DNA of 64,000 nt, taken from contig JARFYF010000060.1 of NCBI GenBank assembly GCA_030265395.1, positions 11,365,324 through 11,429,323 on the forward strand, written 5' to 3'. The stretch's first letter is position 1. Each line of letters starts with the position of its first letter. The stretch comes from Rhina ancylostomus. Its lineage: Eukaryota. Under the pieces are notes generated by a model. The model had not been told where the DNA came from, did not search any database, and worked only from the letters and a program-made list of their open reading frames with translations. The translations under genes were made by a program, and so were the position numbers. This document shows, piece after piece, positions 1 to 12,030 of this stretch.

Positions 1-589
1 GGTGGATAAGATCCCTTGCTCCTTTCTCTTAAAAAAAAGAAAAAAATCAAAAATAGAAGAAAATTGCTAATTACTGATCCTGTATTAGGTATTGTATTAT
101 ATTTCCTAAATTTGATGAGAGAAGATACATTGATTTTTCTTGCCCTAAGACCAGCACCATTAAACCTCCACCTTCATTTTGCACAAAACCCCATAAGCTG
201 GAATGCATTTTCTAATAATGTCAGATGCAGAATTACAGCTGGTGTCTGAGGTACAGGTAGGAAGTCCACCCTGCCAGTGAAGTGGAGGGGGAAAAGCCTC
301 CATCAGCAGTTAGGCTTTAGTTCAGCAGCATCAAGAAAATGCACTAACAAACAAGTCTAAGCTGCTCAATAGTAAACAGGTGGGAAACTTTGAATGCTTC
401 TTTTGGTCACACCTCAACAAAGCAGTGTAGCCACAGAAACAACAGTATCTGTCATGGCATTGCACAACTTAAAAACTGTCTTTTGTAAAGGCTAACGTAA
501 TACTTTCAAAATTGCATAAATAGGAGTTGTTTAAGGAAGACAACAATTTGACAAAGGATATTTGTGTCACATAGTTTCATTAGATACTG

Positions 590-660
590 TGAGAGGATAT
601 AAAGCTCCCTTCACATCACCCCACCCTGTCTCCTGATTGGTAGGTGCATGTAAACACCGA
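590..660 (+). promoter_or_regulatory. Candidate core promoter
   Basis: TATAAA at 598-603, CACCC boxes at ~617-626, ATTGG (reverse CCAAT) at 636-640, and forkhead motif GTAAACA at 650-656 (also at 372-378). Followed by a perfect donor at 733/734. Confidence 0.4.
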
Positions 661-733
661 GCTATCAGCAACTCTGAATAGAGAGGATTGAACCAGTTCT
701 GAAAATTCACTTTAACCACAGCCACAACAGAAG
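630..733 (+). other. Candidate non-coding first exon (5' UTR) of the otoancorin-like gene; start approximate
   Basis: Consensus donor AAG|GTAAGT at 733/734 downstream of promoter-like motifs. The ATG-containing exon at 16386 has an acceptor, so an upstream exon is needed. The link between the two is inferred. Confidence 0.4.
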
Positions 734-1389
734 GTAAGTTGGATACTGCAGTTTTTTGTTCAATTTAAAAAGCAAACATTTTTTTCATTTTAAAGTTAAG
801 ATATATTCTATATCAGCAAATTGAATAATGTGAAGTTACAGTTGGAGGATAAGAATAACACTGAGTCCACTAATAGGAAATAATTTCCAAAAACCTCTGT
901 CGTGGTCTAATGAATGCAGTCATTATTTTACTGACAGATTAGCTTAATATACGGTTCTTCAGGATGTTCCTGTTGAACCCAGCAGACTTTGACAGTTGCT
1001 TGTTCCAAAAGATACTCACAAGGTGCATTAAGCTAAAAGCTTCCAATAGTTTGAGGGCCTTGAATCATTCAATGAATAATCGTGCTATCAGTAATGCAAG
1101 TACTCTTGACGTTATGTGTTGTAAATTTTCATTTGTATCAGGTTCTTTCAGGTTTTGGCAAATTTAGAGTTTTATCTTTTTTTAAAAAAATTGAATGTTT
1201 TTAGGATATGTTTTTATTGCAAAGAATAGTTCCTAATCATCAGTAAAAGGTGTAGGAACAGAGACCTGCTGGTACATGGCTTTTAACAATAAGGAGAAAG
1301 GGTACTGAAAAAGCTTTTGGTGTTCTTTGCTTCAGAAATGGAGACAAAAAAGCTACTAAACAATTTAAATTATGCTAAACCCGAATTAA

Positions 1390-1830
1390 ACATCTGTTGG
1401 AGCCCAGCTGTGGAAGATTCTGGGCACCATTCTTGAGGACGGATGTCATCACATTTAGAGAGGGTGCAGTGGAGGCTTACTATAACAGTATAAAGAAAAG
1501 TCTCATAACTATAAAGCATGATTAGACAGATTGGATCGCCCTTCCTTGGAGTAGAGAAGGTTAAGGTGAAATAAGATGCAGGTGTTCAAAATATCAGGGA
1601 GTTTTGGTAGAATAAATAAAGGAAACTTTACAGTTGTAGAGACACCAGTTACCAGAGGACTGATTTAATTGGTGAAAGAATGCAAGGTGACTTGAGGAGA
1701 TACTTCTTTACACAATTGTTATCTGGACTGCACTGCCTGAAATAACAGTGGAAGCAAATTCAACAAAATCTTACTCCTGGACGATAATTAGATAAACATT
1801 TTCATGTAGGGCAGATACAGGAGTTTAAAT
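1390..1830 (+). mobile_element. Degraded CR1 LINE 3' fragment
   Basis: ttctgggcaccatt...ttagagagggtgcagtggaggcttac is a decayed FWSPHY...LERVQRRFT. Confidence 0.7.
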
Positions 1831-2639
1831 GTTACTTTTTTGGAGGGACAATTTAAAACAATGCATTATCATATGTGCATGTTCATGAGTCATTTGAATG
1901 CTCAATAATTATTGGGGTGGGGGAATACTCCATTGTACATACCCGTATTTCCAGGGTTAAGAAGAAGGCAATGAATTGGATAACTCTGAAAAAAACACTA
2001 TTATTCTATTATTGTATGATAGATAAATATTATTTGTATACATATTTACTGCAACACCAAAACAACATTTTGTTTAGTTAACTTGTAAAACAACATTAAG
2101 GGAAAACCTAAAATTATTTTTGTACCTTAACCTGGCTGTAGAAAGACAGAAGAGCTTGGCTTCCCTTTGTTCATAAAATGCATGAGACATCACCACTGAA
2201 ATGTAGGGTGGGGAGAGGGTGAGTAAATCAGGAGGTGTATGAGACATTAACCTGAAACTATTTGGTTCTTTGTGAAACATTGTCCAATACTTCATTCTGT
2301 TGCAGGAGATGTTGTCTGATTAATCATAAGCAGTGATCAACAGACAGCTCAAATTTCCCATAACAACAATTTAAATTTACTGAGCAGATTTTACAAATCA
2401 AGATAGGCAAATATGCCTTACAAATTAAATAGTAAGTTATGCACAGAACAGTGAATTATACAGAGAATTCCATAGAATATTTGTACGATGATAAATGGGA
2501 TTACTTTGTGCTGATTTTCTTTCTCCTTTCTCACGATATCGTTGAACATTCAGCCCATGAGTCTCTGCCAGCTCTCAGGGCAATCCTATCATCTTATTCC
2601 TCCATTTGTTTTGCTGTAATTTATTCTCTCACTTGCCCA

Positions 2640-2840
2640 TCAACTCCACCATGATCATCCTGACACCCAGCAACACTAGGGGCAAGTTACAGTGGCCAAT
2701 TAGCCTTCCAACCGGCACATCTTTGTGGTGAGGTGGAAACTGATCGTGGGGGAAGGCATAAGCCCCACGCAGATAGGATGAGAGGTCAGGATTGAACTCG
2801 GGTTTGCTGTAATTCTACCTGCAGAACTACTGTGTCATCC
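2640..2840 (-). mobile_element. tRNA-derived SINE (V-SINE/HE1-like), degraded
   Basis: Reverse B-box ggattgaactcgggt, and ttacagtggccaatta core shared with other copies. Confidence 0.6.
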
Positions 2841-3528
2841 CAAAGTAATGCGATTCAAGAATCAATGCAAACCATAGCAAAGTTCCTTAGTGATCATTTC
2901 TGGGTGAAATCATATCAAGTGTGAGACTGGATTGGGAACCTCAAGGCTCTATGCTATCTTGCTCGATGTTTACTCACATCGGATGCCCATGTAATGATGT
3001 CAGTCCTGTTGATACATGTTTATATCCTTTCCAATATAAATTGGAGCTTCCAAGTCCAGAATATGACTGTTGTTTGGAAGTCACAGTCAATGCAAAGATC
3101 CCACCCTGTTGGNNNNNNNNNNNNNNNNNNNNNNNNNNNNNNNNNNNNNNNNNNNNNNNNNCTCACCAGGTAGCTCTGAACCTCAGTGGGGACTCTGAAC
3201 CTCACTGGGACTGCTCTCATGTCACCCAAGGCGCAAAGACTCTGTTAAAATTTTCTCAGAATATTACTAAGGTATCAGTTAATGAGTGCCAGTTTAGTGG
3301 TCCCTCCACTCCTGAGGAAGACTACCGCATCTCCAACCAAGCAGTGGACCAAGAGGGCATCATTTCCCCTTTCCATCCTGCATCAATAGAGGATGTGTAG
3401 CAATGAATGTCTTTTCTATTATACTTTTCTAGACTTGCTCTAGGTGAGGTAACAGTCCAAGGAAGTGGGATGTTGGGGAATTGAACTGAATGCAGGGGGC
3501 AATGTTGTGTGTTTGTCTACGTATGTGT

Positions 3529-3902
3529 TGTTATGAACCAGCAACAAAAGAAACACACAGTCATGCGTAAGTGTTAAAAACTACTTTATTAATAACTACT
3601 TATGATAATAAGGAAAATAAAAGTAAAATTGTTAGATTGTTAGAAGTAAAACTGTTAAATCTTAAACATTAATCCCAAAAACTAAACTCGTCGTGTGTGT
3701 GTAGCAAACTCCCAAACTCCAATTCCAGGAATGGTCTTAAAGTTCATTTCAGCAAGCTGTGAGGTGAAACGTGAACAAAGGCTTCTTCAACAACCACCGT
3801 TGNNNNNNNNNNNNNNNNNNNNNNNNNNNNNNNNNNNNNNNNNNNNNNNNNNNNNNNNNNNNNNNNNNNNNNNNNNNNNNNNNNNNNNNNNNNNNNNNNN
3901 NN

Positions 3903-3980
<78 letters not shown>

Positions 3981-4032
3981 ACTGTGCTCTATCTTAAAAG
4001 GACATTCACCAATAGTAATCTATTTTGTAACA
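3529..4032 (-). mobile_element. Solo LTR (Gypsy/ERV1-like) with 4-bp TSD
   Basis: Termini TGTTA...TAACA, flanked on both sides by GTGT (3525-3528, 4033-4036). TTTATT near the left end gives a minus-strand poly(A) signal. Contains an N gap. Confidence 0.7.
3903..3978. repeat. (CT)n(CA)n microsatellite
   Basis: Directly visible. Confidence 0.97.
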
Positions 4033-4099
4033 GTGTTTTATATATGTTGTGTTTTTATTGTTGTGAGCAGGATTAAAGAGAATCCTGAGGCATTTTATT

Positions 4100-5035
4100 G
4101 TTTGTAATAATTTGGATGAGAATGGAGGTGGGCTGATTGGTCGGTTTGCAAATGACACAAAATTGCCGGAGGAAGGTTGTTAAAGGATTCAGCAGGATAT
4201 AGACTGCTTGGATATGTGGACAGAGATAGCAGATGGTGTTTAATCCTAAAGAGTGAGAGGTGTTCCACTTTGGGAGGTCAAATGCAAGAGGAAAGTAGAC
4301 AATAAATGGCTGGATGCATAGGAGTACAGTTGAAGTAAGGGACCTTGGGGTCCAAGTCCTCAGCTCTCTCAAAGTAGCAACACAAGTAGATAGGGTGTTC
4401 AGGTAGGTGTACGGCATGCTTACTTCATCAGTCAGAGTGTTGAGTATAAAAGTTGGGAAGTCATGTTGCAGCTGTATAAAACTTTGATGAGGCCACATTT
4501 GGATGATTGTGTGTGTTTCTGGTCACCCCATTACAGGAAGGACGTGGAGGCATTGGAGAGGATGCAGAAGAGGTTCACCAGGGTGTTGCCTGGATTACAG
4601 AGCTTTGGTTCAAAGGAGAGTTTGGACAAACTCAGATTGTTCTCTCTGGAGTGTTGGAGGCTGAGGGATGGCCTGTTAGAAGTATATAAAATGATGAGAA
4701 GCATGGGCAGGGTAGATAGCCAGAGTCTTTCTCCGCAGAATGGAAATGTCAAATACTGGAGCTTTAAGGTGAGAGGGGGAAAGTTTAAAGGAAATTTACA
4801 AGACAAGTTTTCTTTATATAAAGAGTAGGTATCTGGAACACACTGCCAGGGGAAATGGTGGAAGCAGAAACAACAGCAACATTTAAGAGGCATTTAGACA
4901 GACAGGGAAAGGAGGGATTTAGACCATGTATAGGCGGATGGGATTGGTTCTGATTGGCATCATAGTTGACACTGAGGTTATAGACCGAATGATTCATTGT
5001 TGTGTTGTACTGTTTTATATTTTATGTTCTACTGA
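4100..5035 (+). mobile_element. CR1 LINE ORF2 3' portion and tail
   Basis: LYKTLMRPHLDDCVCFWSPHYRKDVEALERMQKRFTR in ORF 4463-4828. Confidence 0.92.
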
Positions 5036-5170
5036 TGATTATTTATTTTTTATGTCCTTTTATCTGAATTNNNNNNNNNNNNNNNNNNNNNNNNNNNNNN
5101 NNNNNNNNNNNNNNNNNNNNNNNNNNNNNNNNNNNNNNNNNNNNNNNNNNNNNNNNNNNNNNNNNNNNNN

Positions 5171-5880
5171 GTGCAGAGGCCCAGGTCTTGAAGCTTGATG
5201 ATGAGTGTGGATGGGAATGATTGTGTTGAACGCTGAACTGTATTCAATGAACAGCAGCCTGATGTATGAGTTCCTGTTGTCCAGATGGTTCAGAGCATAG
5301 TGAAGAGCCAGAGAAATTGCATCTGCTGTTGACCTGTTGTGGTGGTAGGCAAATTGGAGCAGGTCCACATCACCTCTGAGGCAAGGGCTGATTCGCGCCA
5401 TAACCAACCTCTCAAAGCACTTCATTGCAGCTGATGTAAGCCCTACAGGTTGGTCGTCATTGAGGCAGGTCGCCATGCTCTTCTTGGGTACTGGTGCAAT
5501 AGAACCTTTTCGAAGCAGGTGAGAACCTCAGACCGCAGAAGCGAGAGGTTGAATATGTCCTTAAATACTCCAGCCAGTTGGTCTGCACAGATCTGTAGTA
5601 CACAGCCAGATATGCCATCTGGACCGTCGGGATCCGTGGCCTTTTGTGGATTCACACTCAAAGGATGCCCAGATGTCAGCCTCAGAGACTGAAATTACAG
5701 GGTCTTCCAGAGATGTGGCAGCTCCTATGGGTGTGCCATAGCTTTCCCTATCAAAGTGTGCATAAAAGGCATTGAGCTCATCTGGGATTGATGGGTTATT
5801 GCCACTTATGCTACCCGATCTCACCTTGTAGGAAGTTATATTGTGCAAGCCCTGCCACAGCTGTTGAGCGTCCATGTGTG
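5171..5880 (-). mobile_element. Rex1/Babar-type LINE reverse transcriptase fragment
   Basis: PVGLTSAAMKCFERLV...LQFAYHHNRSTADAIS...IRLLFIEYSSAFNTI, with frameshifts. Confidence 0.85.
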
Positions 5881-7109
5881 CAGTTTTGCCCTATCATGTG
5901 AAGCTCTTGCTTAACATTGCCAGGACAAAGTTTTCTGGTCTTGGCTCAGCTGGATAGCATAGCTCTTGAATGCCTCTTTCAATGCCATCATCAGACGTTA
6001 CCCCCTTTTTGATCAGTCATAATGTCTGCTGCTGGTATCTGGTTACCATGGGAAGAGTGCTGTAGAGGGTTGGCCCCTACTTAGATGCACAGCAACCTGA
6101 CAGCAGCTAAGGTGGGAGTGCCCGAGACAACACTCAATCAAACCACAGTCAAACACTTATCTTTGAGTGAAAACCACAATAAAGCCGTTGCATGAGTTTG
6201 CAACCATCTGCACAATTTTTTTGGGAGAGCTGACATGTGACCAGCTCTGCCCACAAGGATATTGTAGTTCACCAAAACACTGCATTCTAATTTCTGGGCA
6301 GCAGCGTTTCACGTCTGGACCGTTGAACAGGGAATGACCCCCTCAAGGCACAAGACCATCTCTTGTGACTGATACTGATTATCTGGATTGTTTTTATTTC
6401 TACAACGTAAGGTATTCAGACAAGCTCAGGCTCGTTGGGCTGTAATCCTGTGCATGCTTGTTAAGTTAAAGCATGGGAACCACCTTCGAAAACGTCTCTT
6501 CTGTTCTTGAATATTCCAATTGTTTCTGAGTCTAACCAAAGTCATGAAAATGAGTCCCAATTTAGCTTCAATGTTAGAAGTTTTGTTTCCATCCCTTAAC
6601 AAGTGGGCAGTGATCTCTTTTAGTAACTAGAGTAGCATGAAAATCTTTGTATTGCATCAGGGTGGCAGGTAAAGAGAAATACAAGTGCAGTTTTTTTAAA
6701 CAATTGGGTAACTTCCTCTGTTAATGGGAACAGAAATACTTATGTGAATTATTAATGCTGGAACTTCTTTCTCAACAACCCCAATGCCAAATGCCAATAC
6801 CCACTGAATGTTTAGAATTCTTAGGCAGTCCTTTGGGACTTACTACCCTCTGGTTCTGTGGGTTCTGAGACGAATGATGAGGCCAATGCGGGAATTGTAG
6901 ACTCCTCCAAAGATGAGGCAGGACCTACCTGATGGAATGGATGGATGGGAAATTCGTGAGATGGTGTGTTCCTTCTATCATTTACGAAGGTGTTCTGTGT
7001 TCTTCTAATGCACAAGATTGAGTTTTGCTGTACTGTCCCAAATTCTCCTTTTCTATTTTGAGCAATTTTGGGCCAAGAATTTCCAGGAATCAAAGGGATA
7101 TTGCCTTTT

Positions 7110-8460
7110 TCCAAGGAGACTTTAAGCACATCCTTGAATCTCTTTCTCTACCCACCTGGTAATCTCTTCCGATGATGGAGTGCTCAGTAGAGTCTCTGTT
7201 TCAGGAACCTGGAGTTGGGCATGCAGACAGTGTGGCCTGCCCAACTGAATGTAACTAGATCCTTATTGTCTGGGAGAGGGCCGTGTTGTTGGTTTGCTTA
7301 TCCTTCCAGTAAATTTGGAGGATTTTGCAGAGAAACATGGGTGGTATCTTTCAAGTAGATTACAACAGGATATTGATAGAATGTAGAGCTGGGCTGAGAA
7401 GTGGCAGTTGGAGTTAAACCCGGAAAAGTGTGAAGTGAGACACTTCAGGAGATCAAATTTGAAGTCAGAATACAAGGTTAATGGCAGGACTTTTAGCAGT
7501 GTGGAGGAACAGAGGGATCTTGGGTTCCACAATCTACGTCCATAGATCCCTCAAGGCTGCCGTGCAAGTTGAGAGGGTTGTTAAGAAGGCGTATGGTGTG
7601 TTGGCNNNNNNNNNNNNNNNNNNNNNNNNNNNNNNNNNNNNNNNNGTTCTGGTCACCTCATTATAGGAAGGATGTGGAAGCTTTAGAGAGGGTGCAGAGG
7701 AGATTTACCAGAATGGTGCCTGGATTGGAGAGCATGTCTTATGAGGATAGGTTGAATGAGCTAGGGCTTTTCTCTTTAGAGAGAAGGAGGATGAGAGGTG
7801 ACTTGATAGAAGTGTACAAGATGATGAGAGGCATAGATGGAGTGGACAGTCAGAGACTTTTTCCCAGGGTGACAATGGTTAACATGAGGGGACATAATTT
7901 TAAGGTGATTGGAGGAAGATATAAGGGGAATATCAGAGGTAAGCTTTTTAACACAGAGAGTGGTGGATGCGTGGAACACACTGCCTGCGGAGGTTGTGGG
8001 GGAAGATACATTAGGGACATTTAAGAGACTCTTAGATAGACTTCCATTTCTCTGTCATTCATGTGGTTATGTGGGAGGGAAGGGTTTGATACATCTTAGA
8101 GCAGGATAAAATGTTGGCACAACATTGTGGGCCGAAGGGCCTGTACTGTGTTATAATGTTCTATGTTCTGGTACCTTGAGGTTCCTGCTGTAGGTAGTCC
8201 ACATAGTTCTCAGAAGCACATAACAGGGCAGGAATCATTGTAATCGAATAGACCATGAGTTTTATAATGGATCCAAGATCTTGATTTTCAAACACTCTTT
8301 TTCTTCAGTCGATCAAAGACTATGCTGATGCAGTGAAGGTGGTGGTGAACTTCACCAGTGATATTTGCTGTTGCTGAGAAGTGGCTGCTGAGATATGGGA
8401 AGTACTCTGCATTTTCAAGGGTCTCACTGAAAAACTTTAATGTTGGATGACCGGGAGTTG
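7110..8460 (-). mobile_element. RTE-clade LINE 3' fragment, interrupted by a CR1 insertion
   Basis: Minus strand carries a QL.WAGH..(R)MP-like motif and YHxxFLCKILQIYWKDKQTN. Same family as 21400-22410. Confidence 0.7.
7351..8169 (+). mobile_element. CR1 LINE 3' fragment nested in the RTE element, with TSD
   Basis: FWSPHYRKDVEALERVQRRFTRMVPG and tail atgttctatgttct. Flanks tggtatctt (7342-7350) / tggtacctt (8169-8177). Confidence 0.92.
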
Positions 8461-8728
8461 CAGTAGAGAGCAGGTTGATAAAGGTNNNNNNNNNNNNNNN
8501 NNNNNNNNNNNNNNNNNNNNNNNNNNNNNNNNNNNNNNNNNNNNNNNNNNNNNNNNNNNNNNNNNNNNNNNNNNNNNNNNNNNNNNNNNNNNNNNNNNNN
8601 NNNNNNNNNNNNNNNNTTGGGTGACCTTGGTTCTGAAGTATAACTGCTGCAGGGTGACTTATGATTTAACAGGTTTGTGGCTGTTTCTGTCTTGCCACCT
8701 GTTTTCTGATGTGAATCTCTGGCTTACT

Positions 8729-8915
8729 CTGGAGGGAAATGGAAGGTTGATGTTTTGAGTCGAGACCCTTCATCTGGACTCGCTTCAGATGAAGGGTCTT
8801 GACCAAAAAACATTGACTGTCCATTTCCCTCCGGAGATGCCTCCTGACCCTCTAAGTTCCTCCAGTGCTTTTGTGTGTTGCTCCAGACTTCCAGCATCTG
8901 GATCTCTTGTGTCTC
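8729..8915 (+). mobile_element. Penelope-derived short element, head-to-head inverted hammerhead-like unit, 12-bp TSD
   Basis: Internal inversion gagacccttcatctg...cagatgaagggtctt. Tail agttcctccagtgcttttgtgtgttgctccag as in the Penelope copies. TSD CTCTGGCTTACT at 8717-8728 and 8916-8927. Confidence 0.78.
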
Positions 8916-11699
8916 CTCTGGCTTACTTTACTCAGATTCAACTTCAAACGAGCATGTCTTGAGACCTCCTTGGGTTCACGATAAGAAATAATGGAAGGCT
9001 TTTAAACTATAGATTCTGGAAAATGTTGAAACTTTTGTTTATGAGAAGTAAGTACCAGGGAGATTTGTTTCCTTCAGAATAATTTTCTTAATGGTCATGT
9101 TGGATCCAACTCATTACCAATGCTCCCAAGCCACATTAAACCCAAGGTCATTCTAATATTTTGGGACCATACAGTTCCCAGTAACCTATGGCCTCGATAC
9201 TGCGGCTGTCTCACAAAACACAGCAGTCCTGTGACCAGATCTCCAGATGACACAGCAGCAGTTCCTTTGGCACTGATAAATACTGCCATCAGTTCAGATC
9301 TGGAACACAGCTATGCTGACATTGCTGACTCATCATTGGAAGTGGACATTGTAGCCCGAGGGAGCCGAGATAATTTCTCAGGGCCGCGATCATTGATTCC
9401 ACTGACGTCAGCTAACACTGAGCTCACAGCAATGCACTGATAATAAAAGATCAATAAAAACTGCAGAAATTGTTATAATTTTAAAACATTAATAATTATT
9501 ACTAAAATATAAAAGTGACTTAATTTTAAGACACATTAAGCGACTGTTAATTAATCAAAAAACATCATGTGGTGAAATGAATAGTGTGACTTACTTTTAC
9601 AACAAAGGCTGGTGATGCCTTTAAATGAATAATGCCACCTGGATGGGCCAACCTCAACTGATGTGAAGCTGAGGGTCCAGATATGATTTGCGTCAGGCCA
9701 CTGGCTCAGTAAGTTATAGAACAGCTCTGGGCTCTGGAGAGTTCAGGGCTGGAGTCAGAGCATGATAAATGTTTAAAATGTTACTATTTGATCATAAAAT
9801 AAAATGAACAGTAAATCTGGCAATATTCGCTGCATGGCAATAATAAATGGGCTAATTCAAAGGCACACCTAAATCATCTCCTCTCAAGTGAATGCAAACA
9901 TCATTAACTACAACCTCAGGATTGACCCATGAAGTTCCAGGCTTTAAGTTCTAAAGAAAAATTTTCAACCACTCTCAACAGCTTAAAGGCCGACCAGAGA
10001 TGGTGTGGCCATCGTTTTACAAGGGAATCATGAGGAACAACTCAAATTATGTTTCTGGCCTCCCTAGTCAGACTACTCCTCTGAGAGATCCATTCCACTG
10101 CCTCACCTGAATGGACTGCTTTGCTCATGAAGTCACCAGAAACATTTAAGTCCCTAAAAGTCAATAAAGTAAATGCCCAGAGTAAGAAAACTGAATTCTG
10201 ATTTGGAAAACTCTTGAACTTTCTGCTGCAAAACCAACACATAGAAATGAAACTCTATAAAAATGTATAATAAAATCAGTATAGGTGGAAGCGGCCTTGA
10301 CAGGAGTCTCTAAGCTCAGGTTATACAGTGAAGACATTTTACTAATTTGACAAATCTTCAGAATACAACAATGTTTTGTTTCTGATTAATTTTGAGTTTA
10401 TTGCAATATTTTAAGTTGAATTGGAACATTTTCATTGATACTTCAGCCTCCAGTTCATCATTTGAATTACAATTAATATTTTACTCACAAGTATCGCGAG
10501 AATTCTTCCATTTTGATTCTAAAAAGATTGTTTACTTCAAACCAGATTTATTTGGATGGGTCTTCATGTGATATCCACTGTAATTTAAAGCCAAATCAAA
10601 AACACTCTGACAACACAACAAAAGAAATCACAGCAGGGGAGTCTTTTGAGATGAAAATATGAGCTTGATAATTTCCTCATCCACCCAGTTATTCCAGTTG
10701 ATAGCCATGACAACCATTTATTTTGTTTAATCTCTATTCTGCAATACTTTTTGACTCTTAAGTATAAAGAAATAGTCATTCAGTTTCATGAACTTCTTTG
10801 GGTCTTGGCTCCGAATACCTCTCCCAACTCCATCCACAGGCTCATGACCTGCTGATTTTGCATCATCAGATTTGTTTCTCCCTCTCTGTTCACTAAACTG
10901 CAAAAATTACTCAGTTTCAGAGCTAACCATTATTAGCCAATGAGAAGCAATGATGCCATTTCCAAGTAGGCAGATCAACAGCAGATTGCAAATAAGCTTC
11001 TGGCCTCTGAATGTTGCAAACCCCATTCTCGTGCTTAAAATTGATTTTGTTGTTTGTTAGCATTGGAACCTGAGTCAAAGAATCCATTTCCATCATCCCC
11101 TTGTTACCAGGTAATCTGGTGTTGTGTTATATGCATGACACATATGTAGCAATGTTAATTGGTGTCAAATGTTGAGGCGACATTCAAATCACTCAAACTG
11201 ATTCTCCCAGAAGTAGGCAGCATCCAAAATGTATGATATGGACCTTAAGTAATAATCCTTGCAAACTTTAAAAGATTTGAAACAGTCCCTCTATTTATTC
11301 AGTGGTAGGATCTAAGCACAAATTTGTCTCAGGGTGAGAAAGTAAAATATCTCCCTGTGATTCCTTAATACTGAATGATATCTTTAAACATTTTTTTCTT
11401 AAATTGGGGGCTGTGTGTGTGTCCTTATATTTTGCAAAGTGTTATAAATGATGTGAATTCATGACTATTCTGGGAAGCTATTGTAATGTCCTCTCTTTGG
11501 AAAAAGTCAGATATCTGTGCAAAATTAACACATTTAATGAGTTTGTACGTTCTCATATATGACTTATGAAGTGAATGAACATCCTTCTGTACTGTGCCTT
11601 AGAATCAGTTTGTAACTACACCTGACCATCTGCATTGGGAGTGATATAGGTTGGGGCATGGTATCTGAGCAAATTTATAGATGTTGGGATATGACCAAA

Positions 11700-12030
11700 C
11701 AAAATAACTCAGTAGGTCAGGCAACATCAGAACTGGGATTGGTTAATCAAACATGTTTTAACTTGCAGAGTCAAGGGAGGGGTAGAACAAACAAAAGGAA
11801 CATCTATCATGGGATGAAGAACAAGAGAGATTGAATGCAGTTTCTGTTTGGTCTCCAATCTCTCATAGACATCCCCTTAACTTTTCCCACTCCTTCCCAC
11901 TTCTCTGCAAATTAAAACATGTTTGATTTCTAACTTTTCCTGGTTCTGATACTCCACAGCTGCTGTCTGACCTGCTGACTAATTCCAACATTTTCTATAT
12001 TTAGTTTAGATTTCAAGCACCTGTAGCCAT
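11700..12030. mobile_element. Degraded inverted pair of Penelope-type terminal repeats
   Basis: actcagtaggtcaggcaacatc...gctgtctgacctgctgact in inverted arrangement. Confidence 0.5.

Noticed and set aside
4463-8109. RT-like ORFs as functional genes
   Set aside because: All are 5'-truncated, frameshifted LINE fragments.
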